64,000 nucleotides of DNA from a bacterium (GCA_963675755.2 CAXXMD010000002.1:2240001-2304000), one strand, 5' to 3'. Positions 1 to 10,973 are shown, numbered from the stretch's first letter. Translations and numbers: made by a program. Notes: generated from the letters alone by a model not told the origin.

Positions 1-1787
1 TCTTCAGGAATAGTGTACAATTTAAAGTACCGAATTGCTTCACTTGATATATCACTTAATATTGATTGATGGTAAACACCTTCAAATTGTACATCAATAT
101 CTCCAACTAAAGAATCTCCACCAATTGTAAATAAAAATATCTCAACTATAACAAAATCCCTAAAACAATTTATTTTCAAAGAATCATTATTAATATTTGC
201 AAAACAATATTTAAACCTATTTCCCCCGTTTACGGAAAATCCCTGTGGTAATTCAACAGTTAAAGTATCTAATGGATTAATATTATCAGAAAATAAAAAA
301 TTACCATTAATAACTTTTTTTATTATTGATGATTCTTTAGAATATTTGATAACTAAATTATTTACAAAACGATTTTTCAAATCTTTAAATTGGTTCTCAA
401 CACTTATAACAAACTCTTTTATTTTATAATTAATATTTAAAACCCAAGTAGGATTATTGTTTTCAAAGCTTAGTTTATAACTTTGTGAAATAAAAAATGA
501 ATCTGCAAAAGTAATAGAGTAATTATTATTAGGAATTGATTCTCTAATACGTATACTATATTCTGAATCATTGGACATATTAATTCCCACAATTTCACAA
601 TTTTCACATGAAAGAAAATTAGCTAATTTATTATTTTGAAAATTAACTCCAGTAAAATTATTAATAACTACTTTTATCAATTTCTCTCTATATGTCTGAA
701 TTTTAACATTTTGTACTAAATTGGGTTCAACTTCGAGACGAAACACATCGTTGATATCCTCATAATTATTAGATTCAAGAGTGTAAAAAACATCTAAATT
801 CGGTGAGTAACGAAAACTTAAAACTATTTTCCCTTCTAAATCGCTTTTTAATAATTTAGAATTATAAGAAATTTCTAAATTAGAAATTGGATGATTCAAA
901 CCATCTGTAAAGAAAATAGTTTTTTTTAATTCCTTCCTTATTATACTTTTTCTTACTTTTTTATAGTCATCTAATTTTGTTAATGTTAATTTAGAATTTT
1001 CCCAGAAAATATCATTTTTAATATTGACATCAAAATCATCTTCATTCTTTAAATTTAGTATATAATAATAGTGTTTTGATTTATAAATTTCTACATTATT
1101 ATTTTTACTTTTCAATTCTGGAATTGTAATATTACAATTTATTTCATCAAATAGTTCTATACAATAAAATGGCTGATTTTTAAATGTTTCACATTTTTCA
1201 AATTCAAAATTTGATTTATTATTTAAGGTAGTATATATTGGTTTATAATTTTCCTTAAAAATAACAACCATATGATATTTTACCATTGATTCAAAACTTG
1301 CTCTTGTATCTATAGAAACGACTCCAGGTTTTTCTGATTGAAATTGCGTACCTTGGTATAGGTTAAAAACTCGAAAATCTTTAATTTTTTCTTTAGTTCG
1401 TTTTTCCAAAATTTTAAAATTAAAATTATATACATTTGCCCAAGGAGACATCACTAATGGTTGTAAATAAATATTAAGCTCATCATATACTGTTTTTAAA
1501 TCTAAATTCAAATCAATATATTTACCAACATAATTTTCTTTAAAAAAGAACACTTTTACAACATTATTTTTAAAATATTTTCTATCTAAACATATATTTA
1601 TTACACCATTCACATCAGTCCTAAAAGAAGATCCAACTTCTTCAAAAAAAATTTCAACACCTTCGATTCCTTCATTTGTTTTTTCATTAAAAACAATTCC
1701 CGAAAAAATTATTGATTTAGAATAAACAGAATTTATGCATAATAATAAAATAATTAGTATTTTTTTTATCATATTCCAATTCATCAT
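1..1787 (-). CDS. Secreted AT-rich hypothetical protein with N-terminal carboxypeptidase-regulatory-like (transthyretin-fold) domain; runs off the left window edge (partial)
   Basis: Not in the ORF track because no stop falls in the window. Manual translation gives MMNWNMIKKILIILLCINSVYSKSIIFSGIVFNEKTNEGIEGVEIFFEEVGSSFRTDVNG... The ATG at 1787 overlaps the upstream TGA (ATGA); alternative ATG at 1772. Frame open where spot-checked (1-60, 1020-1790). Confidence 0.7.
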   Translation of the reverse strand, partial: MMNWNMIKKILIILLLCINSVYSKSIIFSGIVFNEKTNEGIEGVEIFFEEVGSSFRTDVNGVINICLDRKYFKNNVVKVFFFKENYVGKYIDLNLDLKTVYDELNIYLQPLVMSPWANVYNFNFKILEKRTKEKIKDFRVFNLYQGTQFQSEKPGVVSIDTRASFESMVKYHMVVIFKENYKPIYTTLNNKSNFEFEKCETFKNQPFYCIELFDEINCNITIPELKSKNNNVEIYKSKHYYYILNLKNEDDFDVNIKNDIFWENSKLTLTKLDDYKKVRKSIIRKELKKTIFFTDGLNHPISNLEISYNSKLLKSDLEGKIVLSFRYSPNLDVFYTLESNNYEDINDVFRLEVEPNLVQNVKIQTYREKLIKVVINNFTGVNFQNNKLANFLSCENCEIVGINMSNDSEYSIRIRESIPNNNYSITFADSFFISQSYKLSFENNNPTWVLNINYKIKEFVISVENQFKDLKNRFVNNLVIKYSKESSIIKKVINGNFLFSDNINPLDTLTVELPQGFSVNGGNRFKYCFANINNDSLKINCFRDFVIVEIFLFTIGGDSLVGDIDVQFEGVYHQSILSDISSEAIRYFKLYTIPE

Positions 1788-3805
1788 TTTTTTAATTGAT
1801 AACAATCTCTCAATAGTTTGTATTTATTACATAAAAACTCAAAATATACAGGATCATCTTTTAAATTTGCATCAACTATTATCTCTTCAATTTTTTCACA
1901 ATTTTCATTCATTTTTCCTACTACATTTACTTGGAGAAATTGAATCATTATTAACGAAACTGAATTATCATAATCATCTCCATGTTTTAATACATAGCTA
2001 TAACTTTCATACGCATTATCATATTCACCTTTTAAACTATATAGATATCCTTCAATTATTTTTTGAAGAATGTCATTTGACACAAAAATGTCTTTATTTC
2101 TAAAAAATATATTTTTAGCAGAATCAATATGAGTATTATATATAATATTTAAATCTTGATACAAATTCATTTCATTTAATAAAGATTGAAATGAATAAAT
2201 ACAATCTCTTAGATAAGTGCAATATAGGAATCTTAAAAATATTTTAAATTGCATTTTAAAAATATCATCACAAAAAGTTGAATCTATTGCATTTACTTTA
2301 TTTAATACAGTTATAAATTTATTATCGAGTAACAAATTAATATCAATTGTATTTCCATCCTTTTGTAGTTCTTCCTGAAAATAATTTACTAATTCTTTAA
2401 CATCTTTTATTATCATGATCATTTCAGCTGATCGCTTTAATCCATTTTTAACAAATAAACTAATAGTATCTTTGGGGGATTCTTTAAAATGAGGCACATT
2501 AATTTCATTTTCATAACCATTATTATCTGCTAAAAAAGTTCTATATTCCTTATTTAAAATATCAAAAATTAAATTAGCGGTCTTATAACCAATTTCACAA
2601 TATATCAGCATATCCGCATTATATGATTCCTCATTATCTCTATAATCATCAATTGATGAAAAACTTTTATTATCAACAATTTTATCACTTCCTAAATATT
2701 CCCAGTCAATTTTTCTTTTTCCAACTATTTCTTTATCTAAAATACTATTTCTATTATCAGAAATAATTGAACTAATTTGACCACCTAACAAATTAAGTCT
2801 TTCATTTGTTTTTTTATCTTTTTTCTTATCTACATCAACTGGTCTCAAAAATAAAACTTTAACATTATTTGGGTTTTCGTACTTTTTGTTATCTAACAAT
2901 CTTTCATGCCATCTCTCAATACAAGTTAAGCATTCTTTTCGCGATTCTATATCTTTATCATCATAAGAAAAGTTGTTATATTCAATTATTTCATTATAAA
3001 TATTTTTAATGAATTGTTTATCTCGATTCCAATTGAATGATGTTGCTTTGTTTCCAAATTCAATTCGTTCTAAATTTAATGAACTCAATTGAGCATCAGC
3101 AATTAATTTTTTGTTTTGAACAAGAACTAAACCATTATAATACCCAATATTTCTTAATGAATCAGGAAAAGAAATATTAATAATTAAATCAAACCCATCT
3201 TTAACTAAAGAACTTGTATCTTGATTTGTTTTTATTATTTTTGTTTTTTTAATTTTATTATCAAACTCACCAAAATTATCATGAAATGAGGATGAATTAC
3301 TATTAAAATATTCATGTTCAATATTTAAAAGAACTAAATAATCATAATTATCAACAAATAAAATTATACATATTAAAATATTTGCTAATAATAATGTAAA
3401 ACTAAGAAAAGGAATTCTTAATGGTAAATTCGTATCAAAAACCATTTCCCAAAAAAAGATGAAAAACACCACAACAAGTAATAAATAAAACAATAATTCT
3501 TCAGAATCAATCTTATTTTTACTAATTATTATTATAATTAAAGAAATATAGAAAATTAAAAAACACCAAATCAAATAATGTTTTTCGTAAAAAACTAACT
3601 TTAATTTTTTATTTATTAAATAATTTAGCGGAACTTGCATTTTTTTTATAAAAAATGCTATACGGAAATGTAATAGTTCTATTAGAAATTTTATAAAATT
3701 ATCTGATTTTACAAAAAATAAAAAAACAAACAAAACTAATTGAAGAAGAACTAAATAAAAAGGTGTTTTTGAAGATAAAAATATACTTTTAAAAAATTCC
3801 TCCAT
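1784..3805 (-). CDS. Hypothetical membrane protein: N-terminal TM helices, C-terminal TPR-like helices
   Basis: 673-aa ORF; several hydrophobic segments in the first ~155 aa; GYLYSLKGEYDNAYESY is TPR-like. Confidence 0.65.
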   Translation of the reverse strand: MEEFFKSIFLSSKTPFYLVLLQLVLFVFLFFVKSDNFIKFLIELLHFRIAFFIKKMQVPLNYLINKKLKLVFYEKHYLIWCFLIFYISLIIIIISKNKIDSEELLFYLLLVVVFFIFFWEMVFDTNLPLRIPFLSFTLLLANILICIILFVDNYDYLVLLNIEHEYFNSNSSSFHDNFGEFDNKIKKTKIIKTNQDTSSLVKDGFDLIINISFPDSLRNIGYYNGLVLVQNKKLIADAQLSSLNLERIEFGNKATSFNWNRDKQFIKNIYNEIIEYNNFSYDDKDIESRKECLTCIERWHERLLDNKKYENPNNVKVLFLRPVDVDKKKDKKTNERLNLLGGQISSIISDNRNSILDKEIVGKRKIDWEYLGSDKIVDNKSFSSIDDYRDNEESYNADMLIYCEIGYKTANLIFDILNKEYRTFLADNNGYENEINVPHFKESPKDTISLFVKNGLKRSAEMIMIIKDVKELVNYFQEELQKDGNTIDINLLLDNKFITVLNKVNAIDSTFCDDIFKMQFKIFLRFLYCTYLRDCIYSFQSLLNEMNLYQDLNIIYNTHIDSAKNIFFRNKDIFVSNDILQKIIEGYLYSLKGEYDNAYESYSYVLKHGDDYDNSVSLIMIQFLQVNVVGKMNENCEKIEEIIVDANLKDDPVYFEFLCNKYKLLRDCYQLKK

Positions 3806-3996
3806 TATTAAACCCCAATATTTGTTTGATATTATTTTAACCCTAATTTTGCGGATTATAAATTAAACAAAAAAATATCAAAAGCAAATATTTAATACAT
3901 TTTCTGCACTTTTTTTCACAGATTTTTACGCAAATAGATAAAGTTTTGGATATTTATATTGATATTTGTTGCAGATTTTGCACAGATTGTTGACAA

Positions 3997-4905
3997 TCAG
4001 TCAAACATATGCCCCAGCAGCGTTTCCGCCACATCCACAATACTCTTGACCGGATTGCCGAATTTTTCTTGGCCCGGCCCAAATGCCAGTGTCATGGCAG
4101 GGTTGCGGGTGTGCCCCTTGAATGATAGATCTTCAATATTACCGTGATCACTGGTAAGCAGTACCAGGGTTTCGTCCAGGTCAACGGTTTCCAGAATGGC
4201 CCCAAGAAACGCTTCCAGTTTAACGATCTCGTTTCTGGCGCGCTCCATTTCTTTGCTGTGACCGGCAAAGTCGGTTTGAAAATACTCAAACAACGCCAGA
4301 TCATACGCCCGGCTCTGCTTCCCGATTATCTCCCCCGCCTTTTGCGGCGATACCACCGGTGCGTCAAATCCTTTTTCGCGCAGAGCGTCTCCGCTCATAT
4401 CCTGATACACACTGCGCTCCGCCCAGATATCCTCAATGCCGAAAAATTGTTGTCCCGCAAAATAGTTCATACACGATGTTACAGAGAGATGCCGGATAAT
4501 CTCGTCCGGTTCAAAATCAAAAAATGGCGGACGGAAAGCGTTCAAAAACGCGACCTTTTTCCCCTTGTCCACCAGTTTTTTGAAAATGGAGTGTTCTTTA
4601 ATCACCTCGCGTAGTTGCGCGTTGGGACGGTGATTGAGATGCCTCCCCAGCAGCTTGCTGGCATTAACGCCGGTAAACAGCGATGTCTGCCCGGTTGCGC
4701 TCTGCGGCAGCAGGGGCATATCCAGATTGGCATCCAGTCCCAGTGCAATGCCGTCATGCGGCAGGGATTTGGGATACTGTTGATCAAGCGTATTGTTGAA
4801 AAACCGCCACTGCTGGTCCGCACAGGGATTGATCTCGGGATCGTTTTCGCCAATACCAATACCATCAACAAACAGAAAAAGAATATGTTTTGGAGAGTTT
4901 AACAT
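3997..4905 (-). CDS. Metalloenzyme, alkaline phosphatase / cofactor-independent phosphoglycerate mutase superfamily
   Basis: Motifs FVDGIG, PQSATGQT, TDFAGH, TSDHGN, HTRNP. Confidence 0.85.
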   Translation of the reverse strand: MLNSPKHILFLFVDGIGIGENDPEINPCADQQWRFFNNTLDQQYPKSLPHDGIALGLDANLDMPLLPQSATGQTSLFTGVNASKLLGRHLNHRPNAQLREVIKEHSIFKKLVDKGKKVAFLNAFRPPFFDFEPDEIIRHLSVTSCMNYFAGQQFFGIEDIWAERSVYQDMSGDALREKGFDAPVVSPQKAGEIIGKQSRAYDLALFEYFQTDFAGHSKEMERARNEIVKLEAFLGAILETVDLDETLVLLTSDHGNIEDLSFKGHTRNPAMTLAFGPGQEKFGNPVKSIVDVAETLLGHMFD

Positions 4906-4995
4906 AATTTCACATTTTTAAATCAAAACAACAAAACGCAGAGTGCGCCAGGGAAACGCAATGTACGCAGAGAGAAAAATTTATGCTTTAGCCCG

Positions 4996-5043
4996 GTTCC
5001 TGAGTGATCCGTCCGCAGCATGCGGGCGGATTGTATCGAAGGA
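4996..5043. repeat. REP-like structured element, copy 1
   Basis: GTTCCTGAGTG-[11-bp hairpin ATCCGTCCGCA/TGCGGGCGGAT]-TGTATCGAAGGA; same terminal motifs as 45701-45742. Confidence 0.65.
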
Positions 5044-5063
5044 TTAGGGCCTAATCAACCATA

Positions 5064-6692
5064 TCAATAATACTTGTCTATCACCGCACCGCGGTAATAA
5101 TGCGTCAATATCTGCTTAGCGGATTTGCCTTCTTCCGCCATCATGGCCGCACCAATCTGGCACATGCCTACTCCGTGTCCCCAACCCGCGCCGGTAAATA
5201 CAAATTCTTCGGGGAAACCGTTCACATCCCCAATCTTGTCCACAACAAAACAGGCGCTGTACAAGGCGGTTGACGACAATGCCCTGCGTATGTTCAGCTC
5301 TTTACGCACATTGATCTTGCCCGCCGCACCACGTATCTCGATCTCGATGAGGCGTCCCGACACACCTCGTTCAACCGGAACAATATCAACCAGTGTACCA
5401 ATATCATGATACTTGTTACGGATGATATTCTCCAGTTCTAATCGGGAGTATCGTTGCTGCCAGCGATAATATTTCACACTGTATTTTGCATAATCCGGGG
5501 TCCCATGGCTTTCCGCGTTACAGTTGACCTTGGGCGCGCTTTCAACCCATCGTCTTACACTCTCTTCCGTAGACAGATCAAAAGATACCGGCAAATCGCG
5601 TGATTCAGGATCGTCCAGCACTCCACGCAAATAAGGTAACGATTCACCCATCCAAACATTCTCGGTGTTTTCCGTGTGACCTCCACAAACCGCGGAATAG
5701 GGAGTTGTGCACAAACTTCCATTATAAACCAGCACCTCGCCCTGTGTCTCACTGATTGCCTTGCGTATGCGGTCATTACTGCGTCCCGCACCCACAAATG
5801 CCTGACTGTAAACATCATCTGTCACATCATAGGGCTTATCCCGGTAGCGGCTGCCAAAATTGTACAGAAAAAAAGTTCGGGCTGCAACAGCCTGCGCTTT
5901 AAGCGCTTCAAGCGGAAATGTGGGTATCATTTCACCGGGCAATACCCCTTCGAGATAAGATTCCAGACTTAGCACATTGATCACAAACAGTTTCCCATTG
6001 GGACCAATCATTAGTTCCAATTCACCGCCATACTTGCGGGTTTCTTCGCGTGAATAATGGAACCCCTCTCCCACCTTGACGGCCTGCAGATTAACCAACG
6101 CTCCGGAAATCCGCAGTGCGTTTTGAATCACCAACTCTTTGCCGGACTCGGATTTCAAATGAATTTCACCACCGGGATCGCCATCAGGTCGGCTAATTAC
6201 AACGGCATTGCGTAAAGCCGGAATCTGCTGTTTATATTGCTCGGCTTGTTCTTGTGTACTAAATTTTTGTTTCAGCAATACCAGGTATCGTCTTTTATCA
6301 ACCAATACCTTTTTGTCCATATTCAGCACATCACCGCTGGTAATCTTTTCAACATCCAGATTTTGGGAACGCGCTTCCTGAACGCCTGCGTCAGCAACAG
6401 TTTCCTTGCTGCTCGATGTATATTGGATTCGATAAACAGATGGAGCCGGGGAGCCATTCACCAGGGTTGCCCGCCATACTTCACCCTTGTTCATCCGGTA
6501 CATTTTCCCGTTTCCGTCTGCAATAACAAACGGACCTTCAGGTTCAAAAGCAATTTCAGATTTATCTTCAAGCAGTCCCACCCGCACAACCGGTCCCGTG
6601 GTTTGAATCGCAGGGCCATAATAGACACCCGCGCATGAGAAAAATAAAACCATGCTCACAAGAACAGTTGATATACTGACGATTCGTTTCAT
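5064..6692 (-). CDS. SpoIID/LytB-domain lipoprotein (peptidoglycan lytic transglycosylase) with SPOR-like insert
   Basis: Lipobox FFSC; LESYLEGVLPGEM, EALKAQAVAART, GWGHGVGMCQIGA, ILTHYY. Confidence 0.9.
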   Translation of the reverse strand: MKRIVSISTVLVSMVLFFSCAGVYYGPAIQTTGPVVRVGLLEDKSEIAFEPEGPFVIADGNGKMYRMNKGEVWRATLVNGSPAPSVYRIQYTSSSKETVADAGVQEARSQNLDVEKITSGDVLNMDKKVLVDKRRYLVLLKQKFSTQEQAEQYKQQIPALRNAVVISRPDGDPGGEIHLKSESGKELVIQNALRISGALVNLQAVKVGEGFHYSREETRKYGGELELMIGPNGKLFVINVLSLESYLEGVLPGEMIPTFPLEALKAQAVAARTFFLYNFGSRYRDKPYDVTDDVYSQAFVGAGRSNDRIRKAISETQGEVLVYNGSLCTTPYSAVCGGHTENTENVWMGESLPYLRGVLDDPESRDLPVSFDLSTEESVRRWVESAPKVNCNAESHGTPDYAKYSVKYYRWQQRYSRLELENIIRNKYHDIGTLVDIVPVERGVSGRLIEIEIRGAAGKINVRKELNIRRALSSTALYSACFVVDKIGDVNGFPEEFVFTGAGWGHGVGMCQIGAAMMAEEGKSAKQILTHYYRGAVIDKYY

Positions 6693-6713
6693 GTATCAAA
6701 TCCTTTAATACGT

Positions 6714-6744
6714 AAAAAAACGCGCGGTTTTACAGACACGCGCG
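6714..6744 (-). terminator. Rho-independent terminator after era
   Basis: CGCGCG...CGCGCG stem followed by T7 on the minus strand. Confidence 0.6.
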
Positions 6745-6782
6745 CTATCATATCAAATTAAATGTCTTACCGATCGAGTAGA

Positions 6783-7685
6783 TTATCGACCGTCATATCC
6801 AAATTCTCTGAGAAACGTATCCTTTTTACGCCATTTCTCTCGTACTGCCACCCACAACTCGAGGAAAACCGGCCTCCCGATAAACTCTTCAATTGCAATC
6901 CGCGCATCCTGTCCCAGGGATTTCAAAGCTTTGCCGCCCTTGCCAATAATTATTCCCTTTTGCGATGGACGTTCAACTACAATTCTAGCCTTGATCACAT
7001 CTTTGCGCCCCTCTTTTTCCACAAACTCGTCAATCACTACTGCCGTGGAATAGGGAATCTCGTCACCATATTGTTGGAAAATCTTTTCGCGTATAATCTC
7101 GCTTACAAAAAAACGTTCAGGATGTTCGGTAACCTGATCTTCAGGATAAAAGGGAAAACCTTCCGGCAAATATTTTAATATAGTCTTTTCAAGATCTTCT
7201 ACATTATCACCAGTCAGTGCCGATATGGGTATAATATCTTTAAAACTATAGATATCTTTATACTCATCTATCAACGGTAAAACTTCCTGGGGCTGGGTAC
7301 GGTCCATTTTATTGATCACCAGCAAAACAGGTTTTTCAGCTGATTTCAAATAACTGAGGATCTCTAAATCACGATCTTTGGGTTTTCTTCCTGCTTCAAT
7401 CAGAAACAATACCAGATCCGCATCCTTAGTTGCATTGTGTGCGGATTTGACCATATAATCATGCAGTTTGTATTTGGGCTCCATTAATCCCGGGGTATCC
7501 AGAAATACAATCTGACAACCCGGTTGGGATAAAATACCCAATATACGGTGCCGTGTTGTTTGGGGTTTAGCTGTAGTAATAGACAGTTTGAACTGTAATA
7601 AATGGTTGGTTAGGGTAGATTTACCCACATTGGGTTGCCCCACAACCGCAACATAACCCGCTTTAAAAACATTTTCATTCATCAT
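6783..7685 (-). CDS. era: GTPase Era
   Basis: GQPNVGKST, QTTR, DTPG, NKMD, C-terminal KH domain with IIIGKGG. Confidence 0.97.
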   Translation of the reverse strand: MMNENVFKAGYVAVVGQPNVGKSTLTNHLLQFKLSITTAKPQTTRHRILGILSQPGCQIVFLDTPGLMEPKYKLHDYMVKSAHNATKDADLVLFLIEAGRKPKDRDLEILSYLKSAEKPVLLVINKMDRTQPQEVLPLIDEYKDIYSFKDIIPISALTGDNVEDLEKTILKYLPEGFPFYPEDQVTEHPERFFVSEIIREKIFQQYGDEIPYSTAVVIDEFVEKEGRKDVIKARIVVERPSQKGIIIGKGGKALKSLGQDARIAIEEFIGRPVFLELWVAVREKWRKKDTFLREFGYDGR

Positions 7686-8140
7686 TAAATATAAGCATCC
7701 AGTGTGTGATATTCGTCAAGTTTATCCAGCAGGTCTTTTCCATCAGTAAGCTTTAAATTATGATTTTGACATCCATTACGGGCGCAGGCCTCAACACGAC
7801 CGCCATGCGGAAGATAAACACCGCACATATTTGAGCCGCATTCATCGCACACCACATGGTCCAGAATCAATGTGGTGCCACAGGTAGGACAAAAGAATTC
7901 TACCGTTTCACCATCCGGAATGTCAATCTCGGACACATTTTTAAAACTACCATAAACAGGATCAAGATGGATCATACCCACTACATCTTTGTATTTGACC
8001 TTGACAGTAATTGAGGCATATCCATTTATCAAATGGTCCGTATCCATCAGGTTGTGCCTGTTTGGGCACATTGCATGTTGAATTCTCAGCGATTTGCTGG
8101 GAATTTCGATGGTTATTTTTTCCTTTTCTCTATGAACCAT
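7685..8140 (-). CDS. Cys/His-rich hypothetical protein (probable zinc ribbons)
   Basis: CPNRH, CPTC, CDEC, CARNGCQNH; tightly packed between alsT and era. Confidence 0.75.
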   Translation of the reverse strand: MVHREKEKITIEIPSKSLRIQHAMCPNRHNLMDTDHLINGYASITVKVKYKDVVGMIHLDPVYGSFKNVSEIDIPDGETVEFFCPTCGTTLILDHVVCDECGSNMCGVYLPHGGRVEACARNGCQNHNLKLTDGKDLLDKLDEYHTLDAYI

Positions 8141-8144
8141 AATT

Positions 8145-9488
8145 TCACCTCAGGTGTTCTCGGGTTTCTTTAATTATTATTCCACTCAAAGCCAGTAAAC
8201 CAATCAAGTTCGGGATTGCCATCAAGCCATTCATAATATCGGCAAACGTCCAAACCAGGTTTACTTTGGTAATAACAGCGCCAACAAATACCATAATACT
8301 AAACAAAATCCGATAAGGCATTACAGACCGGGCGCCAAGTAAATATTCAAGTGATTTCTCACCATAATAACTCCACCCTAATATAGTGGAATAGGCGAAA
8401 AAAACCAAACCAAATGCCACTATCATTCCGCCAAACTTTCCGGGCAGTGCAGAGCTAAAAGCCATAGATGTCAGTTCAGCTCCGGTTGCACCGCTCGTCC
8501 AGGTGCCGCTTGAAAGGATCACAAAACCGGTAAGCGAACAGACGATAATGGTATCAATAAAAGTCTGAGTCATGGATACCAGCGCCTGATTTACAGGATT
8601 TTTCGTCTGGGCTGCAGCAGCAGCGATTGGAGCACTACCCAATCCGGATTCGTTAGAGAATACGCCGCGTGCAACGCCCCAGCGAATTGCCTCGCGAACC
8701 ATTGCGCCTGCAAAACCACCTGCAGCGGATGCAGGACTAAAAGCATTGCCGATAACCATTGTTAAGACTGAAGGTATGGCTTTATAATTAATTATTACAA
8801 CAATCAAAGAACTGAGCATGTATAACAAAATCATAAACGGAACAATCACCGCGGTCGTACGACCTATACTTTTAATACCGCCAAGCAGTACAAGTGCGGT
8901 TGCTAAAAATAAAACAATTCCCACATGATAATGACTTATTTGTGGAAACACAGCCGTAACTGCATCTGCAACAGAATTTGACTGAACAATATTTCCTATT
9001 CCAAAGGCTGATATAGATGCAAACAGAGCAAACAAAACCGCTAGCCACTTCCAGCCCAGTCCCTTTTCAATATAATACATGGGACCGCCGCGCATATTAC
9101 CGTGCTCATCCACTTCACGATACTTGACAGCCAATACAGCTTCACCATATTTGGTTGCCATACCAAAAAGACCGGTCACCCACATCCAAAACAATGCACC
9201 GGGACCGCCAGCAGTAATGGCAGTTGCCACACCGGCAATATTTCCGGTACCTACGGTAGCCGCAAGTGCGGTCATTAAGGCCTGAAAATGGCTGATATCG
9301 CCTTCTGCATCGCCTTCTTCACGACGTTTAATCAATGCCATGTGCAATGAATGCTTCAACGTCGTGAACTGAATTCCGCCCAATCGGATGGTCAAATATA
9401 TTCCGGTACCCACCAACAAGAGCAGCATTGGCGGTCCCCAAATATATCCGCTTACCGTTTCAAATATGGACAATAATTGTTCCTGCAC
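8145..9488 (-). CDS. alsT: Sodium:alanine/glycine symporter (AGCS family)
   Basis: [45 protein letters not shown]. Confidence 0.93.
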   Translation of the reverse strand: MQEQLLSIFETVSGYIWGPPMLLLLVGTGIYLTIRLGGIQFTTLKHSLHMALIKRREEGDAEGDISHFQALMTALAATVGTGNIAGVATAITAGGPGALFWMWVTGLFGMATKYGEAVLAVKYREVDEHGNMRGGPMYYIEKGLGWKWLAVLFALFASISAFGIGNIVQSNSVADAVTAVFPQISHYHVGIVLFLATALVLLGGIKSIGRTTAVIVPFMILLYMLSSLIVVIINYKAIPSVLTMVIGNAFSPASAAGGFAGAMVREAIRWGVARGVFSNESGLGSAPIAAAAAQTKNPVNQALVSMTQTFIDTIIVCSLTGFVILSSGTWTSGATGAELTSMAFSSALPGKFGGMIVAFGLVFFAYSTILGWSYYGEKSLEYLLGARSVMPYRILFSIMVFVGAVITKVNLVWTFADIMNGLMAIPNLIGLLALSGIIIKETREHLR

Positions 9489-9511
9489 ATCAAACTCCGT
9501 TTAACTCTAAA

Positions 9512-10942
9512 CTAGTAAGATTTTCCAACCAGCACCCGCTGTTCGGATGGCTTGCCGCAAACAATACATGATCCGCTCTCTTTTTCTCCATCAACAGGTA
9601 TCAAGCGTATTGTAGCTTTGGAAGTTTCCTGGAATTGATTTTCACATTCAGGTGAACCACACCAGTGGACCCAGAAAAAACCGCCCGGATCTTCGATACG
9701 TGTTTTGAATGCTTCAAAATCATCCTCATTAAATGTATTTTCCTCACGGAATTTCTTTGCGCGGTTGTACATGTCTTTTTGCATCTGTTCAAGTTCAGAC
9801 TGAATATGTTCCAAAAGTCCATCCTGAGATACAAATGTCTTTTCACCCGTATCTCTACGTACCAGAACAACCTGGTTATTTTCAAGATCTTTGGGACCCA
9901 TTTCAAGACGAATAGGCACACCGCGTTTTTCCCATTCATTGAATTTAAAACCGGGACGATATTGATCTCTATCATCAATTTTAAAACGGACTTTGCCTTT
10001 CCAGTCCGCGGTCAACTCTGCAATGCGTGCTTTTAGATTGGCCATATCTTCATCTGATCGCCAGATCGGAATCAACACCACTTCAATCGGTGCCAGACGT
10101 GGAGGAACAACAAGCCCATTATCATCACTATGGGTCATGATCAATGCACCAATCAATCGGGTAGATACACCCCAGCTTGTTGCATAAACATGCTGCTGCT
10201 GGCCATTCTCATCCTGAAAAGTTACATCAAACGCTTTGGCAAAATTCTGACCCAAATTATGTGAAGTACCTGCCTGCAGGGCTTTTTTATCCTGCATCAT
10301 GGCTTCAATACAATAAGTCTCTTTTGCACCGGCAAACTTTTCACTATCTGTTTTAACACCAACCAATACCGGTGCAGCCAGATATTCTTCAGCAAATTCA
10401 CGGTACACATCGATCATTTTCAATGTTTCTTCCTGAGCTTCTGTAGCTGTGGCATGCGCGGTATGGCCTTCCTGCCATAAAAATTCAGTGGTACGTAAAA
10501 ACAAACGGGTCCGCATTTCCCAACGTACCACATTGGCCCACTGGTTGATCAATATTGGCAAATCACGATACGATTGTATCCATTTCTTATAGGTGGACCA
10601 GATAATGGTCTCTGATGTTGGGCGAACAACCAGAGGTTCTTCAAGCTTTTTGCCGCCGCCATGTGTTACCACAGCAGTTTCCGGGGCAAATCCCTCTACG
10701 TGTTCTGCCTCTTTTTTCAAATAACTTTCCGGTATAAACATGGGGAAATACGCGTTCACGTGACCGGTTTCTTTGAACATTTTATCGAGCTGCGCTTGAA
10801 TATTTTCCCACAGCGCATACCCGTTGGGTTTGATCACCATACAGCCCTTGACAGCAGAATGTTCTGCCAGGTCTGCGGCTTGAATAACATCAAGATACCA
10901 TCGCGAATAATCTTCTGATCGTTTGGTTAAACCTTTTGCCAT
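9512..10942 (-). CDS. proS: Prolyl-tRNA synthetase, archaeal/eukaryal type
   Basis: [42 protein letters not shown]-terminal Zn domain ending GKSY; no INS editing domain. Confidence 0.97.
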   Translation of the reverse strand: MAKGLTKRSEDYSRWYLDVIQAADLAEHSAVKGCMVIKPNGYALWENIQAQLDKMFKETGHVNAYFPMFIPESYLKKEAEHVEGFAPETAVVTHGGGKKLEEPLVVRPTSETIIWSTYKKWIQSYRDLPILINQWANVVRWEMRTRLFLRTTEFLWQEGHTAHATATEAQEETLKMIDVYREFAEEYLAAPVLVGVKTDSEKFAGAKETYCIEAMMQDKKALQAGTSHNLGQNFAKAFDVTFQDENGQQQHVYATSWGVSTRLIGALIMTHSDDNGLVVPPRLAPIEVVLIPIWRSDEDMANLKARIAELTADWKGKVRFKIDDRDQYRPGFKFNEWEKRGVPIRLEMGPKDLENNQVVLVRRDTGEKTFVSQDGLLEHIQSELEQMQKDMYNRAKKFREENTFNEDDFEAFKTRIEDPGGFFWVHWCGSPECENQFQETSKATIRLIPVDGEKESGSCIVCGKPSEQRVLVGKSY

Positions 10943-10973
10943 AATACATCTTCCTGATTTCTGTATATTTTAA

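Larger units (their letters stand above)
1..3960. other. Very AT-rich island (probable horizontal acquisition)
   Basis: Sampled 60-nt lines give about 15-30% GC, against roughly 40-50% from ~3990 onward; the boundary is sharp. Confidence 0.75.

Noticed and set aside
1735-2103. 122-aa plus-strand ORF
   Set aside because: Antisense shadow of two minus-strand genes in AT-rich DNA; no recognisable motifs.
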